Positions 61,348 through 64,000 of a DNA stretch of 64,000 nt are shown one piece after another. Every line of letters starts with the position of its first letter. Within the stretch, counting starts at the first letter, position 1. The position numbers were made by a program, and so were the translations under genes. The DNA comes from an uncultured Acidobacteriota bacterium. GTDB lineage: Bacteria; Acidobacteriota; Vicinamibacteria; Fen-336. The stretch lies in the NCBI GenBank assembly GCA_963720545.1, contig OY970399.1, positions 3,776,001 through 3,840,000 of the forward strand, written 5' to 3'. The notes beneath the pieces are model-generated. The model was not told the origin of the DNA, searched no databases, and saw nothing but the letters and a program-made list of their open reading frames with translations.

Positions 61348-62138
61348 GCTGCGCGCTCCCGCAGCCGGGTGACGAACAGTTCGAGGATCTCGAGAGGCAC
61401 CAGGGTGCGGTCCATGTCGTCACGCTTCAGCCAAACCGGCAGTGCCGCGGCTCCCGCCAGCTCCACCGGGACTCGCAGGGTTTCGAAACGCGCCTGCAGG
61501 GCGGCGGCGTGCGCCGGCTGGTGGCTGCCGAGCAACAGCACGCGCTGCGCGGCGCACGCCGGCAGCGTCGTGAGGTCGAGCGCCTCCAGCTGAGCGCGCA
61601 GCTCGGCAGGCAGCGGCGCGCCAAGGACCTCGCTCGGCGGATTGTCGGGCACGTACCCGCGCGGCCGCGGCCGCGCCTTCACAAGCGCTTCGTGCCGCGC
61701 CGCGAGCTCCGCGACGAACTCGCGGCCGTTCACGATCGGGTCCCAGAGCAGCAGCTTGTCGGCGTTCAGCCCGCGGCTTGTGGCAATGGCCGCGATGCTG
61801 GCGCCGAGGCGCAGGCCGAGGATCGACGGGCGCGCGATGCCGCTGGCCTCGCGCAGTTCCTCGTAAGCCAGCTTCACGTCTTCGAGCCACAGGTCGATGC
61901 GTCCGTCCGCGGCATCGCCCGAGGAATCGCCGCAGCCATAGAAGTCGAAGCGCAGCGCGTGCACTCCCGCCTCGCTGAGGCGGTGGCTCAACTCGCGAAA
62001 TGCGCGGTGCGAGCGCATGTATTCGGCGCCGAACGGGTAGCAAAGGAGCACGGCACCGCGGGCGCCGCGCCCGCTTGCCGCAGGCTCGTAAGCGCCAAAG
62101 AGCGGCCTTTGGTTGGTGCCGAAATAGAAGGGTCGCAT
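61344..62138 (-). CDS. Alpha/beta-hydrolase-fold protein with Arg at the nucleophile position (GLRLG), probably non-catalytic
   Basis: PFGAEYMRSHR, LRFDFYGCGDS, GLRLGA, LLLWDP; ATGA overlap with the partner gene. Confidence 0.85.
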   Translation of the reverse strand: MRPFYFGTNQRPLFGAYEPAASGRGARGAVLLCYPFGAEYMRSHRAFRELSHRLSEAGVHALRFDFYGCGDSSGDAADGRIDLWLEDVKLAYEELREASGIARPSILGLRLGASIAAIATSRGLNADKLLLWDPIVNGREFVAELAARHEALVKARPRPRGYVPDNPPSEVLGAPLPAELRAQLEALDLTTLPACAAQRVLLLGSHQPAHAAALQARFETLRVPVELAGAAALPVWLKRDDMDRTLVPLEILELFVTRLRERAA

Positions 62139-62416
62139 GCCTGAAGTGTGCGGTTCCGCTCTTGTTACGCGTCGCGCCGACGGGGAGGAATGAGTGCGCG
62201 GAGATTAACAGTCGGGTCGGAACCGGTCAATGGATCGGACTCGCTCTCTCGCCGTAGTCGCGCGCTGAAACCGCTGCCTGTTGCCTCTTCGCGAAAGGCT
62301 GATTCTCGCGAGATTAGGGCACTTCGTGCGCCTGCCCGGTGAGTCAGCCCACAGCGGAACCGGGCTGTGTTCCGATTTCTCAGCTTTCCCTCCAAAAATG
62401 ACGAGTCACGCGTGGC

Positions 62417-63292
62417 TTACCGCGGCTTCTCGGGCGAGTGCAGAAGCTGCAGGCCCAGCGTCGCCGCTCCCTGCGCCGCGGGGATCGTCACTCCGGCCGC
62501 GGCCAGTTGCCGCCACAACTCGAAGTTGAGTTCACTCTTGAGGGTGCCCGCGGTCTGCAGGTGTTCGGTGCTCCAGACCTGCAGCTGGAAGCGCAGCGCG
62601 GCGAGGCCCACTTCCATGAACTCGACCGCAGGCGGCGGGTCGGTGCGCACGTCGGTGCGGCTCGCTGCGGCAGCGAGCAGCACCTTGCGGACCAGCTCCG
62701 GATCGGAGGCGTGCGCCACGTGGACAGTGACGGTGTACGCCGTGAGCCGGTCGGGCCGGTTCCAGTTCATGACCCGCTCCGACACGAATTGCGAGTTGGG
62801 AACGATGATCGCGACGCGGTCGTCGGTGAGGATGGTGGTGGCGCGCGCGCCGATGCTGCGCACTTCGCCGATGGCGCCCGCGATTTCCACGCGGTCGCCG
62901 ATCTTGATGGGCCGTTCGAACAGCAGGATCAGGCCGCTGAAGAAGTTGCTGGTGATGTTCTGCAGGCCGAAGCCGAGGCCCACGCCAATCGCTCCAACCA
63001 GCACGTTCAGGGAAGTGAGGTCGATGCCGGCGCTTTGCAGGATGACGATGGTGCCGAGAGTGATGACGACGTAGCGCACGATCGCGCCGAGCGCCTCGCG
63101 CATGCCAACGTCGAACCCGCGGTGCGCCAGGACATGCTCGACGAGAAAGCGCGTCGCCCGCCGCGTTACCCACACGAGCGCGGCCGTGAAGGTGATGACG
63201 GTCAGCACCTTCCACGGCGTGAACTGGCTGCCGGCGATCCCTGCGTTCAGGAATTGGCCAATGCGCGCCCAGACGTCGTCAACCCGTCCCAT
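62417..63292 (-). CDS. mscS: Small-conductance mechanosensitive channel (MscS family)
   Basis: GAIGVGLGFGLQNITSNFFSGLILLFERPIKIGD and IVPNS motifs. The ATG at 63292 is preferred over the TTG at 63295. Confidence 0.92.
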   Translation of the reverse strand: MGRVDDVWARIGQFLNAGIAGSQFTPWKVLTVITFTAALVWVTRRATRFLVEHVLAHRGFDVGMREALGAIVRYVVITLGTIVILQSAGIDLTSLNVLVGAIGVGLGFGLQNITSNFFSGLILLFERPIKIGDRVEIAGAIGEVRSIGARATTILTDDRVAIIVPNSQFVSERVMNWNRPDRLTAYTVTVHVAHASDPELVRKVLLAAAASRTDVRTDPPPAVEFMEVGLAALRFQLQVWSTEHLQTAGTLKSELNFELWRQLAAAGVTIPAAQGAATLGLQLLHSPEKPR

Positions 63293-63298
63293 CAACCC

Positions 63299-63304
63299 AT
63301 CATA
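63299..63304 (-). promoter_or_regulatory. Putative -10 hexamer (TATGAT) 6 nt upstream of the mscS ATG (leaderless type)
   Basis: The minus strand reads caTATGATgggttgATG. Confidence 0.45.
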
Positions 63305-63359
63305 TGACCGGCTTTCAACCGGTTCAGTTCAGAACGTCTGGGTCGGCGGCCAGACGACC

Positions 63360-63734
63360 CTAACGGGTGGATTCGACCGCGGCGACGATCTCGTCGACGA
63401 CGCCGAGCCAGCGCGCGAGTTCGTCGGCCGTCGGCGCCAGTTCGTAGGGATGATGGTGGCAGGCGCGGCTGAGAGCGGACCACGCGTGGCTGGTCTGCGC
63501 GGCCAGGTCCCGATCGCCAAGCCGCCGGCGCAGGTAGATGAGCTGGACACGCATCGGACAGCGGCGCAGGTCGAGGTCACGGCGCCGCCACATGTCGCCG
63601 ACGGTCGCCTCCAGGGCACGGCGACCGAGAAGTGCCGACGTGCGCGGCCACAGGCCGATCGCCTCGGCATCGTCGCGTTCCAGGAACTCCCGTGCCGCCG
63701 TGAGCAACGCCCGCGGCTCACGCGCCGCGCTCAT
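63360..63734 (-). CDS. Hypothetical protein, HEPN-like (Rx4H motif)
   Basis: 124 aa, predicted helical; A..LGRRALE N-terminal motif and LSRACHHHPY; ATGA overlap with the upstream gene. Confidence 0.6.
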   Translation of the reverse strand: MSAAREPRALLTAAREFLERDDAEAIGLWPRTSALLGRRALEATVGDMWRRRDLDLRRCPMRVQLIYLRRRLGDRDLAAQTSHAWSALSRACHHHPYELAPTADELARWLGVVDEIVAAVESTR

Positions 63735-64000
63735 GCCGTGCCTCGCAACCAGGCGGCGAGCTTGCTGGTGAGACGAACGAGTTCCAGGGCCTGCCCGGCG
63801 GGGATGTCAACGTCGGCCTCGGCCTCGCAGCGCTCGTAAGCCACCGCGTGCTGCGCCGACGTACCGTCCCGCACGTGCTGCAAGACGTCCTGGCCACGCT
63901 CGGCATCGTCGAACAAGGCGAGGGCGGCGAGCCGGCGCAGCTCGCCTGCGTCGCTCAACGAGCGCTCCACTTCGGCGTGGGCTTCGCCGCGCGACAAGCG
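63731..64000 (-). CDS. 3' end of an uncharacterised gene (begins beyond the window)
   Basis: The frame is open to the window edge (...LAALALFDDAERGQDVL...WLRGTA*) and its stop overlaps the next ATG. Confidence 0.6.
   Translation of the reverse strand, partial: RLSRGEAHAEVERSLSDAGELRRLAALALFDDAERGQDVLQHVRDGTSAQHAVAYERCEAEADVDIPAGQALELVRLTSKLAAWLRGTA

Overview
High-GC bacterial DNA with no rRNA, tRNA, CRISPR array or mobile element that I can see. The left part (1-17 kb) is metabolic. It holds pdhB(partial)/pdhA and an FHA-domain membrane protein on the minus strand, divergent from a large NAD-glutamate dehydrogenase. Next come a DUF885 metallopeptidase-like gene, a complete 4-hydroxyproline catabolic operon (2-oxoglutarate semialdehyde dehydrogenase, Hyp epimerase, three-subunit D-Hyp dehydrogenase, Pyr4H2C deaminase), a small hypothetical gene, an EamA transporter and a metallo-beta-lactamase-fold lipoprotein. 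The centre (17.2-62.1 kb) is a ~45 kb cis-AT PKS-NRPS biosynthetic gene cluster. It has a type II thioesterase, six single-module PKS genes (KS-AT-KR-ACP; KS-AT-DH-ER-KR-ACP; KS-AT-cMT-ACP; KS-AT-DH-cMT-ER-KR-ACP; KS-AT-cMT-KR-ACP; KS-AT-DH-ER-KR-ACP), a bimodular NRPS predicted to add Ser then Gly, an EamA transporter, and a convergent pair of alpha/beta-hydrolase-fold genes (one with a Cys nucleophile, one with Arg at that position). The assembly line has neither a loading module nor a terminal thioesterase. It also has an aberrant AT in module 3 and Tyr-to-His ketoreductases in both MT+KR modules. This cluster and its probable trans-acting release/transacylation pair are the best candidates for an undescribed system. 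I could not compare it with known clusters, so novelty is unverified. The right end holds an MscS channel gene and a HEPN-like small gene coupled to a truncated upstream ORF. All calls come from motif reading only; no database searches were run.
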